64,000 bases of DNA, from the IMG/VR virus record IMGVR_UViG_3300042560_001323, positions 62,001 to 126,000 of that record. One strand, 5' to 3'. Under the pieces are notes generated by a model. It searched no databases and was not told where the DNA came from. It saw nothing but the letters and a program-made list of their open reading frames with translations. Below, piece by piece: positions 8,232 to 18,560 of the stretch (position 1 is its first letter; each line of letters starts with the position of its first letter). Made by a program: the position numbers and the translations under genes.

Positions 8232-9539
8232 TTATACTCCGTAGCTATCTCTTACAAGATTCAATTTAGTAAAGTTTGGGCCGGCCGGACTAATATAATG
8301 ACATAAATCAACAATCAAGTATTTACCTGATTTCTTTTTGCTAACCATTTGTGTATATTTAGAGGACACTTCTGGAAAAGAACATTCAATAATATCTCCA
8401 GCGTGAAGGGTTAAATCACAGAAGATTGTAGTCTGCAGCTGAATAGAAAATAGTTGGTTATACCTCATTGTACTCTGATTGAGGATTCCGCGAACATTAA
8501 AGTTCTCTTTTATTGAGTTTTGTAGCTGGTCATCTACTGTTACACCATAAGACAGTTGACCAATATCAAGCGTTGAGAAATTTGTTTTAGATGATTTATA
8601 CAGTTCTTCAGGAATGAACGGAAGATTTTTTGCTGCCCTTACTGCACCAGCATTTTGTTCCGTTGAATTAATTGTTTTTCTATCGTATTGTTGAGTGACC
8701 GGATTAAATGTGATGATTGTTGAGGCATTTGTTCCTGCCTTCATTTGTTCAATCAAAGACGGCCCTTCTGAGAATGAAAAATTTAAAATCTTGCCATCAT
8801 AACCAAACGGTAGTTTTGTGGTATTGTTCATAATATACCGTTTTAATGGTTCTTGGCTCAATAACTTATCAACAGATTTAAAATGATAGCCGTCCGAAGT
8901 CTCATAAAAGAAATAACCAGCAGTATTTCCTTCAGTCTTTTTAGATTGAACAATGGGAATAGACTTTGCGGATAACTGATTGAGAACATTAAACGGCATT
9001 GCCTCATCATTAATTCTACCCGCAATCTTTAGATTGTTTAAGGTATCTTCAATGAATAGTGGTTTTTTTGTTTTTAGATGTTCAGTGAAGATTTTCTTAA
9101 CGGTTTCAGATATTTTTCCTTCATATGTTCTTGCAACTCTATTCTCTTCAAAGTTGTTGGTTAGATATTCTTTACTTGACAGACAGGCCGTTACAATTTC
9201 AGAACGAGTTGTTCCAATAACCTTTGGTCTTGCCATAAAATGGAGACAGGTATCATTCGTGATGAATTGCAGTCTTCCTCTTTCATCATCTTGTATGTCA
9301 AGAAAAACCTTTTCGGCATATTGTAGGTCTACATCATTTGCCTCAGTTGTTGCTGAAGTTTCTCCTGCATAATTTCTGTTGCCAGTATCTGCATATGTTA
9401 CAGTTACCTTTACTGTGTTTTCTAGGATACTTTCATAATAGTATAGTTGAGCAGAGCCATTAGAGATTTCAACCGTCTTTCCTTTATTGGAGACGATTTC
9501 AAACCTTTTAATCTGAATATCTGACCTTGATTCGTTCAT
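8232..9539 (-). CDS. Baseplate hub / tail protein (gp27-like)
   Basis: YYYESI, GYFFYET.DGYHFKS.D.L and SGKYLI..LCH motifs; position upstream of gp5. Confidence 0.7.
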   Translation of the reverse strand: MNESRSDIQIKRFEIVSNKGKTVEISNGSAQLYYYESILENTVKVTVTYADTGNRNYAGETSATTEANDVDLQYAEKVFLDIQDDERGRLQFITNDTCLHFMARPKVIGTTRSEIVTACLSSKEYLTNNFEENRVARTYEGKISETVKKIFTEHLKTKKPLFIEDTLNNLKIAGRINDEAMPFNVLNQLSAKSIPIVQSKKTEGNTAGYFFYETSDGYHFKSVDKLLSQEPLKRYIMNNTTKLPFGYDGKILNFSFSEGPSLIEQMKAGTNASTIITFNPVTQQYDRKTINSTEQNAGAVRAAKNLPFIPEELYKSSKTNFSTLDIGQLSYGVTVDDQLQNSIKENFNVRGILNQSTMRYNQLFSIQLQTTIFCDLTLHAGDIIECSFPEVSSKYTQMVSKKKSGKYLIVDLCHYISPAGPNFTKLNLVRDSYGV

Positions 9540-12299
9540 TTATGTTAATATTGGTTGAATAAGAATTTGAGTTTCTTTTTCAATATTTGTTGTTATCCTG
9601 CTTGCAATATTACTTATCTGTTGTAATCTTTGTTGTTGTGGGGAGGATGCTATGGCCAGAGGTTTAGCCCCAGAAAGATTCATTTGTTCAGACGTTTGAT
9701 TGGAAGAAATTAAAGGGCCAGAATCTCTTCTAAATCGTGCCCTACTGGCAGGAGTTTTAAATCTAACGTGAATGTGATTTGGATGTTTAAAATTACCCGG
9801 CGCCGAATGCATCGGCATACCTTCAAACCACTGTCCAACTGGGTCGAATATAAGTTCATCAATTCCCAATTGTTTCCGCCTAGAAAACAACGATTTATAT
9901 AGAACCTTTAATCTTTCAATCCCCTCACTTTCTTCCCCACGAAAATCGGTAATATCCAATGAATGTTCAGCGTGGTCTGCACTATTTGAATGTGATCCAA
10001 CATAAGAAGACCCTAAAGGATTGAATCCCTTAAATTTAGTGAAGAATCTGTTTTCAGCAACAGTAAATCCCATTTTTAATAAGGACTTACCAACTGTTAT
10101 TGGGTCTGAACCACCAAGATGAAATCCTTTAATCTCTTTTCCAATATTTCCACCTTTGGCTTTTTGTATCGCGGACTGAAGTTTTGTTTTACTGACAAAG
10201 CTCAATCCTCTCCATTCATTAATAAAATTCTCAACAGTTGCTCCAGTTGAAAGCCTATATTTTATCAAGGCTATTGCTAGTTTATCTTGATTTGCTGGTG
10301 AAAATTTATCGGTTGTTCTTACGCCAGTATCTCCATAGCTCCCAGACATAAGCCCGCGCATTGTCTTTCCTATAATTTGATATCTTCCCGCAGCGTGTAT
10401 TGGGGGATTTTTATTCGCCTGATGTTGCATTATTTCTGCAATGGTCATATCAGTAAGATTTTTTCGTATTGGACCAGAAGATGACGGGCCACTATAACCA
10501 ACAGTTTGGTAGCCGCTATCTGTACCACCTTCATTATACGCATTATACCCCCCAGATGTAGCACTCTCTTTTTGAGCAATAATATTCAATAAATCGGTGT
10601 AATCTCCATCGAAATAACTCCCATCGCTAGGCATATCCCCAGAATCCCCGGAAGATTTAATTTCGGGTCTGTGCAACTCTAATTCTTTGCGTATATTCTG
10701 AAAAATTTCAGAACTTCTATTGTCCAACATTGCAGTAAATGACCGAACAATTTCCTTTGCAACAACCTGGCCCGGTGATGCCCCAGATTGACTAATCGTT
10801 CTACTAGCGGGAACAATACCACCACCAGCCATCGCAAACATAGATGAGCCGAGCATCTTTGCATTTGTTGCGGTTTGGTCATCAATAGAAGAGTCAATAA
10901 CAAAGGCAAGATACTTTTCGAGGCCCATTAAAGTTGACCGTTCAATCTTCTGGCCGAGTGCCAACATCTCAACACCAGAACTAAGAAAATTACCAAAAAC
11001 ACCAGCCTTTTTCATAACCCCAGCGTTTTTCTTCAAGAGCCTCAGCGGACTCATCGTATTATCATTATCGCTGTCGGGGAATAACTTCTTGATGTTATCT
11101 TCACCGCCAACATTTTTACCGGGAAGTGTGCGCTGACGTAACTGTTTAGGAGGTCTTTTTGGTTTGGCTTTTTTTATTGTTCTAGGAACTCTTGTATAAG
11201 ATTTTGAACCAACTCTACCACCAGTTGCGTGTTTTTGGGGTTTACCAAATCCAGACAGTGTATCATAAAGAGCACCGCCAACAATGTCACCAATAATACC
11301 ACCTAAAATCGTGCCAACTCCTGGAACTGGAATAAAACTGCCTAATCCTGCACCAATAGTTGCACCAATAGCCTTTGCGGCGGCCTTACCCGGTTTTTCA
11401 CCCATCATCATAGAAATGGCAAAATTAATCAGGCCACCAACGATTGGAACTCTACCAAATATTCTTCCAAACTTACCAATAAACTTTCCGCCAGTTTTTG
11501 CTGCGGCTCTTTTTACTCCACCTTTAGCTGTCGCTTCTCCGACATTAATATATCCACGCCTTGCAAGTCTTGCCCTATCTCCAATATTTGCTTCTCCAGC
11601 AATAAAACGGGCATAAGATTCATTAACCCTACTTAAAGAGCCGGGTTTTAATATGGGGACTTTACTGCCTTTTGGTGCCTTTGGCATAGGAATGCCGCCA
11701 CTTCCTGCAACAGCAAGACCTAATACAACTGCAAGATTTAAAAAGGTATTAAGATTTTTCTCTAAATCTTCAAATGACTTTTCAAACTTATCTCCAGTAG
11801 TTTTCTTTAAAATTCCTTTTATTTTATCGTGAACCTTATACCCAAAATCTACTGCACTAACAATGCCACCTAAAACATTGCCGACAAAGTTCTCAAAAAC
11901 TTTATAAAAAGGAGTAATGAACTTTACAATGCCTAGTATTTTTGGAAGATTTTTTAGAGCAAAAGGAACTGCCATTCCCATTGCGGTGTATAAAATAAAA
12001 TTGCGGATTGCATCTAGAAATCCGGTTCTAGGAAGTTTCTCCTTAATGAAGTTAATTGGATTAACTTTTCTTTGTTTCTCAATACTAAGTTTTTTATCTC
12101 TTCTCTTTGAATCTGTGTCTTTTTTTCTTTGGTCCTCTAATTGTTTTCTCTTTCCCTTTATCCCCAATACAACATATGCATCAATTTTACGCATATTGTT
12201 GTTAATACCCTTGAGTTCTAGAACAACAGGGTCATTTCTACACTCTGGATTAAGTGTGATACTTTTTGGAATAAAGGAAGAACGAGAAAATGATACCAT
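9540..12299 (-). CDS. Large tail-associated protein (gp29/tape-measure-like) with lysozyme-like and possible peptidase domains
   Basis: LLNIIAQKES..GGYNAYN...AAGRYQI lysozyme-like fold; C-terminal H..H.LD and HPNHIHV. Confidence 0.7.
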   Translation of the reverse strand: MVSFSRSSFIPKSITLNPECRNDPVVLELKGINNNMRKIDAYVVLGIKGKRKQLEDQRKKDTDSKRRDKKLSIEKQRKVNPINFIKEKLPRTGFLDAIRNFILYTAMGMAVPFALKNLPKILGIVKFITPFYKVFENFVGNVLGGIVSAVDFGYKVHDKIKGILKKTTGDKFEKSFEDLEKNLNTFLNLAVVLGLAVAGSGGIPMPKAPKGSKVPILKPGSLSRVNESYARFIAGEANIGDRARLARRGYINVGEATAKGGVKRAAAKTGGKFIGKFGRIFGRVPIVGGLINFAISMMMGEKPGKAAAKAIGATIGAGLGSFIPVPGVGTILGGIIGDIVGGALYDTLSGFGKPQKHATGGRVGSKSYTRVPRTIKKAKPKRPPKQLRQRTLPGKNVGGEDNIKKLFPDSDNDNTMSPLRLLKKNAGVMKKAGVFGNFLSSGVEMLALGQKIERSTLMGLEKYLAFVIDSSIDDQTATNAKMLGSSMFAMAGGGIVPASRTISQSGASPGQVVAKEIVRSFTAMLDNRSSEIFQNIRKELELHRPEIKSSGDSGDMPSDGSYFDGDYTDLLNIIAQKESATSGGYNAYNEGGTDSGYQTVGYSGPSSSGPIRKNLTDMTIAEIMQHQANKNPPIHAAGRYQIIGKTMRGLMSGSYGDTGVRTTDKFSPANQDKLAIALIKYRLSTGATVENFINEWRGLSFVSKTKLQSAIQKAKGGNIGKEIKGFHLGGSDPITVGKSLLKMGFTVAENRFFTKFKGFNPLGSSYVGSHSNSADHAEHSLDITDFRGEESEGIERLKVLYKSLFSRRKQLGIDELIFDPVGQWFEGMPMHSAPGNFKHPNHIHVRFKTPASRARFRRDSGPLISSNQTSEQMNLSGAKPLAIASSPQQQRLQQISNIASRITTNIEKETQILIQPILT

Positions 12300-14494
12300 T
12301 AGGACATATTACCTGCTCTAATTCCAAGTGTTGCAAGAGTTCCATTATCTCCATATCTATCTGAATAAGGTGGAATTGCAGAGAAGTCTGGAACATCTGT
12401 TGATGCACTTTCTCCACCTTTAGGGTCTTGATTTTTGAGGCTAATCGGGGGTAACTCTGTTATGGTTACTTTACCAGCGGTTCTAGGACCGGGAGCTATG
12501 ACTGTTGGTGCCATAGCGGTAAGTTGAAGATTATTTTTTGGTAAAAAAGACTGCTCATTTCCAGGTTGAAGATTGTTTCTTGGTATAAATGACTGCTCAT
12601 TTCCGGGTTGAGAATATAGCATTGAAGGAATTGGAGCAGCAACATTTCCCCGCTCTTTATGGTATTTTGTATTCTCTGCTGGGTAATTTGTGAAGAAATT
12701 ATCCTTTCTCGGAACTTTATTGCCGTTAACCATATCATAACGAATGGCATCATCTCCTTTCATATGCTTGAGTTGAGATGTTCCAAAGAATGAAGGTCTT
12801 CCTCCAACGTGCTGTTGAGCATTTATTTGGAGTTGACTATTTCTCAATGCTCTTTCGGTTTCGTTCAACATTTGCATCGCTGAATTAATATCAACATTTT
12901 TAGCCTTGGCTAGAGCAAGAGCAGCAGATTTTCTATCATTAATATTTAACCAATCGCTTCTATTTTTAAATGTTGGCTCGTATTGACCCTCTCCAGTTAT
13001 AATATCTTTTATGGTATTCCTTCTGGCAGTTGGCATAAAGTTTACGCCATATGCCGATGAGCCAGCATATAGGCGATTGTAAATGGATTGAGCAACATCT
13101 GCTCGTCCTTGTGGGTCTGAATCTTCAGCAGATGCAATAGCAAGTAGGGAATTATAATCTGCTTGACTTATTTTAGGCGAATTTTTTGGAGGAGTGAATG
13201 AATTTATTGCCTTGGCTGGTCTACCAAACTGTGGCATACTTTTCATCATATTTGAGCCAACAGATTTAATGCCGCTCATAATTCCACCGACAATACCACC
13301 ATCTTTAGCGAATTGGATATTGTTTGCAAATTTTGGTCGGTTGCTAGAACCAGCCTGTAGATTCATTTTTAAAAATGTATCAGCCCCAAACTTATCAACT
13401 GCAGCCTTTGACATTACAACCTCTCCAGGTTGTGCTGCAATTAGTTGCGTATCTGGCCCAGCTCCAGTAATTGCAATACCACTTGCCTCATCAATATGCC
13501 CACCTTCGGCATAACGAATTTCGTTAACGTGCTTTTCTTCTGGAAGGAAGAAATTGATTCCTCTCACCAAACCACCGCTAGAATAAGCACCAGTAGGTGC
13601 CATCGGAGAAGAAGCGGGGGAAGTTCCACCTTTATTTGGAGTTTTGTTGGGTTCTTGATTACTCCCCTCATCTGCCTTTGTGAGTAACTTGTGGGCAAGA
13701 ATACCCGCACCCGCCAATGCTCCAGCAGCAAGACCTCTAACTCCTATTGATTTTAAACCGAAAAGAATACCGGGAATACCGATTTTTCGTAGATATGTAA
13801 TAGTAGAAATAACTGCTCCGATAGATGCACGGATTGCACCACCAAATTTAGTTCCAAAAAGAACAAATGCACCTAGTAATGCTGGCCACCAATCTTTTAA
13901 GAATCTAGTAAGAGACTTGACTTTCTTCTCGTTTGCTGGATCTGCAAACCATTTTAAAATCTTGCTAATGGCCCGACCGGCTAAAGTGAATAGGATGAAT
14001 TTAAAAATTGCATCCATTGCACCTTTAATCGGATTGAATGCCTGTTGAAATGTTCTTGATAGCTTTCTACCGGAAGACTCTAATAGATTCTCTTTTTCTT
14101 TTCGTTCTTGATCCTCTTGGTTTTTTCTTATCTCATCTGTCTTTTTTTTATCTAAAAGGCTTTCAACTTTGAGGACATTTAAAACCCTAGAAACAGATTC
14201 ATTAATTATGTTGAGCATCCCCAACATATCATCGCAACAGTTACAATAATTGTTAGATTTATTATTTCCCAATGATAGGCCGGTTTTGGTTATTCTTCTT
14301 GGCGTTTTACTTCTTCTTGGCGTTCTCTGTCTTTGAGGAGGTTGTGGTTCTTGTTGTTGGGCTTCCGCTTTTTCTTCCTGTTTAATTTGAAATAAAAGTT
14401 CTTCAATCTTATCGCCCGCAGACTCTCCTCCAACAATTTCCGGTTTAGGAAGAGGCTTTTTATTTGGGTTTTTATTAGAGCGCCTGGGTGCCAT
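12299..14494 (-). CDS. Large tail-associated protein with SleB-like cell wall hydrolase domain
   Basis: AEDSDPQGRADVAQSIYNR...IITGEGQYEP; coiled-coil N-terminus. Confidence 0.7.
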   Translation of the reverse strand: MAPRRSNKNPNKKPLPKPEIVGGESAGDKIEELLFQIKQEEKAEAQQQEPQPPQRQRTPRRSKTPRRITKTGLSLGNNKSNNYCNCCDDMLGMLNIINESVSRVLNVLKVESLLDKKKTDEIRKNQEDQERKEKENLLESSGRKLSRTFQQAFNPIKGAMDAIFKFILFTLAGRAISKILKWFADPANEKKVKSLTRFLKDWWPALLGAFVLFGTKFGGAIRASIGAVISTITYLRKIGIPGILFGLKSIGVRGLAAGALAGAGILAHKLLTKADEGSNQEPNKTPNKGGTSPASSPMAPTGAYSSGGLVRGINFFLPEEKHVNEIRYAEGGHIDEASGIAITGAGPDTQLIAAQPGEVVMSKAAVDKFGADTFLKMNLQAGSSNRPKFANNIQFAKDGGIVGGIMSGIKSVGSNMMKSMPQFGRPAKAINSFTPPKNSPKISQADYNSLLAIASAEDSDPQGRADVAQSIYNRLYAGSSAYGVNFMPTARRNTIKDIITGEGQYEPTFKNRSDWLNINDRKSAALALAKAKNVDINSAMQMLNETERALRNSQLQINAQQHVGGRPSFFGTSQLKHMKGDDAIRYDMVNGNKVPRKDNFFTNYPAENTKYHKERGNVAAPIPSMLYSQPGNEQSFIPRNNLQPGNEQSFLPKNNLQLTAMAPTVIAPGPRTAGKVTITELPPISLKNQDPKGGESASTDVPDFSAIPPYSDRYGDNGTLATLGIRAGNMS

Positions 14495-14501
14495 TTGTTA
14501 C

Positions 14502-14672
14502 TTATTTCTGTTTGGCCTTTTCCTCTTCCTCTTGAAGATGGTTTTGTAATAAGGTTGAATAAATCTCACGTTCATAAGGAATCATATTTTCAATAAATTC
14601 AGGACTCCATTTATGAAACTGGCAGAGGGCAAAAATCAATTTATAATAAGTCTCAAGGTTATTATACATCAT
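14502..14672 (-). CDS. Baseplate hub assembly protein gp51-like
   Basis: Below the ORF-track cutoff; MMYNNLETYYKLIFALCQFHKWSPEFIENMIPYEREIY; follows gp26. Confidence 0.85.
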   Translation of the reverse strand: MMYNNLETYYKLIFALCQFHKWSPEFIENMIPYEREIYSTLLQNHLQEEEEKAKQK

Positions 14673-15397
14673 TACGATGCGAAAAAAGATGATAACCCTT
14701 CTAAGGTAACAGTGCTTTTAACTTCAGTCTTTGGATTTGTAATCTCAATTTCGTGAGATAGTTTGGGCATAGTCTCGAAGAATTTCTCAATGCCTTTAAA
14801 AACTGAACTATTCAGATTATTAAGAAACTCGCTCCACTCATCTTTAGTATAATCAGAGAAAGTATAAACTTCTTCTGCATCATATAATTTGTCAATACAA
14901 TCAATAATATAATCCATAGCCTGTTCTGGTGTCATACTAAGATTTTCAACATCAAAATTATTTTTAAGAAACTGGTCAAGAGACGGATATTTAAGTTCAA
15001 GAATGTATGAATCATTGAGTTTAATTTTATTTGTATGCTCTGGATCCATTTTGACTTTAACATCTTCAAGGTCAATTTTAATTTTAACCTCAGTTTCTCC
15101 ATCGTCTGGACAATAGACTATTAGTTCAACTTCTTCTCCTACGGATTGAGCCCTAATATTTAAAAAGATATATTCAATATCAAAAATAGGTAGGCTTTCG
15201 AGTTTAACTCCCTTTGTTAGAACGCAATTTTTAATAATAGTTTTTATCGCGGTTGTTACTTGCTCGTTGCTGTTAGATTCAAGAGCGAGAAGAAGAAGTT
15301 TTTCTTCCTTTACGATAAATGGTCTATAATTAATTTCTTTTCCAGAAGATGGAAGATTCAACTTATAAGTTGGAGTAATAAAAGCGGGTAAAGGCAT
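14672..15397 (-). CDS. Baseplate hub subunit gp26
   Basis: MPLP..TPTYKL.LPSSGKEI.YRPF.VKEEK.LL and FDIEYIFLNIRA.SVGE. Confidence 0.92.
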   Translation of the reverse strand: MPLPAFITPTYKLNLPSSGKEINYRPFIVKEEKLLLLALESNSNEQVTTAIKTIIKNCVLTKGVKLESLPIFDIEYIFLNIRAQSVGEEVELIVYCPDDGETEVKIKIDLEDVKVKMDPEHTNKIKLNDSYILELKYPSLDQFLKNNFDVENLSMTPEQAMDYIIDCIDKLYDAEEVYTFSDYTKDEWSEFLNNLNSSVFKGIEKFFETMPKLSHEIEITNPKTEVKSTVTLEGLSSFFAS

Positions 15398-15420
15398 AAC
15401 AAATTAATGATGTTGTTGAG

Positions 15421-16116
15421 TTATTTAGTGTCGTTTTTGGAGTTTATTCTAGAGCGAACATAACGAATGTATGTGAAGTTTACAATACATTTAAGGATGG
15501 TTCCACTTTCATACGAAACGGGCATTGAATCAATAGAAATTGGATATGCTCTAATAAAATTATAATCCATTTCGGTTGCACTATAATTTGGAATCACATT
15601 AGTTTTTCCGCTGTTAATTACTTGTCCCATATTTCTTTCAAACTTTGAGATCGCAATCTTTCCTGCATAATCATTTCTAAATTTAATTCTATAAGAAGCA
15701 TTATCGGATAGATATTTTTCTTGACTATCCTCATTTACAATATAATTCATCCAACCTTCTAAAAATTCAATTATACTGTAGTCTTGGTCAACATAAAATG
15801 TAAATGAAGATTGATCATCGTATTGCCTACGATAAACCATCTTTTCGGTTGCACCAGTAAAATCTCCCGTTACTTCATTTGTGAATAGAGAACTACCTGG
15901 AAGGGTTGCCTCGCTGCAGAGCAACGATAGTTCATCTAATTTATCTTGCGTAAAGCCTTGAATACGCGCTTCGTTTGCCACAAAGGCAATTACTCCAGGA
16001 GGAGGAACTATTTTTACCGCAAAATGAGAAGTTAGTGCTGGACGAAGAATTGTGCTCTTAATCTCCGAGATACTTTTAGACCTAACATCAGCTTTAATGA
16101 AGGGCATAAATAACAC
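15421..16116 (-). CDS. Baseplate tail tube initiator gp54-like
   Basis: LLCSEATLPGSSL, FYVDQDY...FLEGWMNYI, AYPISIDSMPVSY. Confidence 0.8.
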   Translation of the reverse strand: MLFMPFIKADVRSKSISEIKSTILRPALTSHFAVKIVPPPGVIAFVANEARIQGFTQDKLDELSLLCSEATLPGSSLFTNEVTGDFTGATEKMVYRRQYDDQSSFTFYVDQDYSIIEFLEGWMNYIVNEDSQEKYLSDNASYRIKFRNDYAGKIAISKFERNMGQVINSGKTNVIPNYSATEMDYNFIRAYPISIDSMPVSYESGTILKCIVNFTYIRYVRSRINSKNDTK

Positions 16117-16138
16117 TAAACGCTATCTATTATTTAGA

Positions 16139-16588
16139 GTGGCCGAAAAGAACTATGCTCAAAACTTCTTTACACCATCTAATCCTCAAAAATATATTGG
16201 GGATTTGGGTAATATTGTCTATAGAAGTAGTTACGAACTCCGGTCATTTAGATGGTGCGATTCAAATCCTTCTATTTTAGAATGGAGCAGTGAATCTATT
16301 ATTATAAAGTATTTTGACCCAACAACACAAAAGATAAGAAGATATTTTCCAGATTTGTATGTAAAACTGCAAGAGCAGACTGGAGAGGTTAAACGTTATA
16401 TTCTTGAAATCAAACCCAAAAGACAAACAATTCCACCAAATCCATCACCAAAAAAGAAGACCAGAACATATCTTACTGAAGTTAAAACATATGCAAAGAA
16501 CGAAGCAAAATGGAAGGCGGCAGAGAACTTCTGCAAAGATAATGGCATCATTTTTAAACTTGTTACTGAGGACGAACTAGGCATATGA
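16139..16588 (+). CDS. Head completion protein gp4 (TnsA-like nuclease fold)
   Basis: FTPSNPQKYIGD...VYRSSYE...WCD, RYFPD, EIKP; probable GTG start downstream of ATAAATA. Confidence 0.92.
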   Translation: MAEKNYAQNFFTPSNPQKYIGDLGNIVYRSSYELRSFRWCDSNPSILEWSSESIIIKYFDPTTQKIRRYFPDLYVKLQEQTGEVKRYILEIKPKRQTIPPNPSPKKKTRTYLTEVKTYAKNEAKWKAAENFCKDNGIIFKLVTEDELGI

Positions 16589-17190
16589 AATTTCCAATTC
16601 AACTTAATTCTATTGCGAAAGCCGCTCTTGGCACAATGCAAAGTCTTAAGGGATTCTTCTCAAGACTTGGAAAAGCAAGTGAAACTAGATTACAACGAAT
16701 TTCTGACCAACTTAAAACCTTGGTTGCAAAAGATGAAGCTGCCGGAATTTACCATCCTTCTCTTTCAATTTTTGAAGTTGACAGACTTAAGAAAGAAAGT
16801 GATGAGTTTTATGCAGTCAAAAACTTTGTTGAGAAACTCCCTCCCGGCTTATCTCCTCCACAATACTTTAATCTTGTTCTGGAACTTTTGAGAAAGTTAG
16901 GCAGAGCCGAAGAGGCAATGGATATGCACGGCATTTATACTTTCAAGTATGTTGCAGTAACTAAAGGAAAGTATTATGATGTGTTCCCCGTTATTATGTT
17001 AAATTCAGTAAGTTCAACGTATTATCGTGGATTTAACTTTCATTGGGAAAGAGCCCCGCAATATGTTGAGAGTGTTATCCGCACTTATAATTTTTCAAGG
17101 ATACAAAGTAGGTTTTATAGAATCAAACCACACGAATTGGAGTATTTTCTACAGATTCCTACGTTTATGCCGATTTATATACCGGAATAA
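16585..17190 (+). CDS. DNA end protector gp2-like
   Basis: YTFKYVA.TKGKYYDVFP...RGFNFHW; position between gp4 and gp48. Confidence 0.7.
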   Translation: MKFPIQLNSIAKAALGTMQSLKGFFSRLGKASETRLQRISDQLKTLVAKDEAAGIYHPSLSIFEVDRLKKESDEFYAVKNFVEKLPPGLSPPQYFNLVLELLRKLGRAEEAMDMHGIYTFKYVAVTKGKYYDVFPVIMLNSVSSTYYRGFNFHWERAPQYVESVIRTYNFSRIQSRFYRIKPHELEYFLQIPTFMPIYIPE

Positions 17191-17216
17191 ATAGGGTATA
17201 CAAATAGCGTTAAATA

Positions 17217-18557
17217 ATGGCCTGTAAAATTGTAACTCTTACACCTTTTATGGCATATGTAAAAGAACCTTTTACAAAATTTGGTGCGACTAGTATCCAA
17301 GAAATAAAAAGAAATTTTGTAACTGTTGTAGATCAATGTAGTGGCGATACGATAGTTTATGAAATAAATAAAGACAACAAAAGAACTCCAAAAATAACCA
17401 TAACTGGAAAAAATAGTATAACTGTAAAAGATAAAACCAGTAATGTTGAAGTTCAAAAAAGTTTAGAAGAAAAAGTTGGGAAAGAAAACGCTTTAAAGCA
17501 AAGGCTCGAAAACCTCAAATCTCTTCCTCCAGATGAAATAATAAAGAATGGTTTACTAGATATTGTAGAAACCCCCGAAGATGCTCCATCAGATGCTAAA
17601 GCCGAAGGGACGGCGGCGAATAGAGAAGATTTAGATGTTCTTCAAAATGAGGGGGTTGATAATGTAAATAAAGATATATCACCACTGCCAACAAATCTTT
17701 ATTATCCCGAAAAATATAAACAGTATGAGCAAGATTATATTAAATTTCAAATTTTAGATTATAAACCTCGTATTTTTAACAAGAATAATCTAGCAAGAAA
17801 CGAGCGTTATAAAAATGAAAAGGGTGAGACAAAAAAAGATAAGTTTATAAAATCTACAATAATTTTACCAATTCAAGGTGGTATATCCGATAGCAATACT
17901 GTAAATTGGAATGGCGACCCAATGAATGCTATTGAGCAGGCAACAGCATTTGCATCTTTAATGTCTATGAATAGTACGGATTTAAAATCAGATTCTGGTA
18001 CAGTTATAGATGCAATAGGAAATTTAGTGAAAACTGACCCGTCAAATAAAGCAATTGGCGCTTACCTTCAATCATACCTTTCTAGAATGGCTGCCAATTC
18101 TAGTGCCAATTTCTTTAGCAGGGCTTTTGGCGCAATTCTGAATCCTAACCTCGAACTACTTTTTCAAACTCCAGAATTACGTTCATTTGGTCTCAGATTT
18201 GATTTGACCCCAAGAACTGAAGAAGAAGCAATACAGGTTAAACAAATCATAAGAGTTTTTAAACAAACAATGGCTCCAAGAAAAGGTGTTGCGGATATAT
18301 TTCTAAAAACTCCAATGATTTTTGATATTACTTACATAAATGGAAAACTTGAAAAAGAACATACCTCAATTAATAAAATCAAGACCTGCGCTCTCAAAAT
18401 GTTTAATGTTAACTATACTCCAAATAATCAGTATATGACATATGATGATGCTGAGGCGACAATGACTGGCTACTCATTAGAAATGCAGTTTCAAGAACTT
18501 GAACCACTATTTTACGATGATTACATTGGTATCCCATATCAGGAAATCGGGTATTAA
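17217..18557 (+). CDS. Baseplate tail tube cap gp48
   Basis: NPNLELLFQTPELRSFGLRFDLTPR..EEA..VKQIIR.FK; C-terminal FQELEP. Confidence 0.9.
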   Translation: MACKIVTLTPFMAYVKEPFTKFGATSIQEIKRNFVTVVDQCSGDTIVYEINKDNKRTPKITITGKNSITVKDKTSNVEVQKSLEEKVGKENALKQRLENLKSLPPDEIIKNGLLDIVETPEDAPSDAKAEGTAANREDLDVLQNEGVDNVNKDISPLPTNLYYPEKYKQYEQDYIKFQILDYKPRIFNKNNLARNERYKNEKGETKKDKFIKSTIILPIQGGISDSNTVNWNGDPMNAIEQATAFASLMSMNSTDLKSDSGTVIDAIGNLVKTDPSNKAIGAYLQSYLSRMAANSSANFFSRAFGAILNPNLELLFQTPELRSFGLRFDLTPRTEEEAIQVKQIIRVFKQTMAPRKGVADIFLKTPMIFDITYINGKLEKEHTSINKIKTCALKMFNVNYTPNNQYMTYDDAEATMTGYSLEMQFQELEPLFYDDYIGIPYQEIGY

Positions 18558-18560
18558 ACA

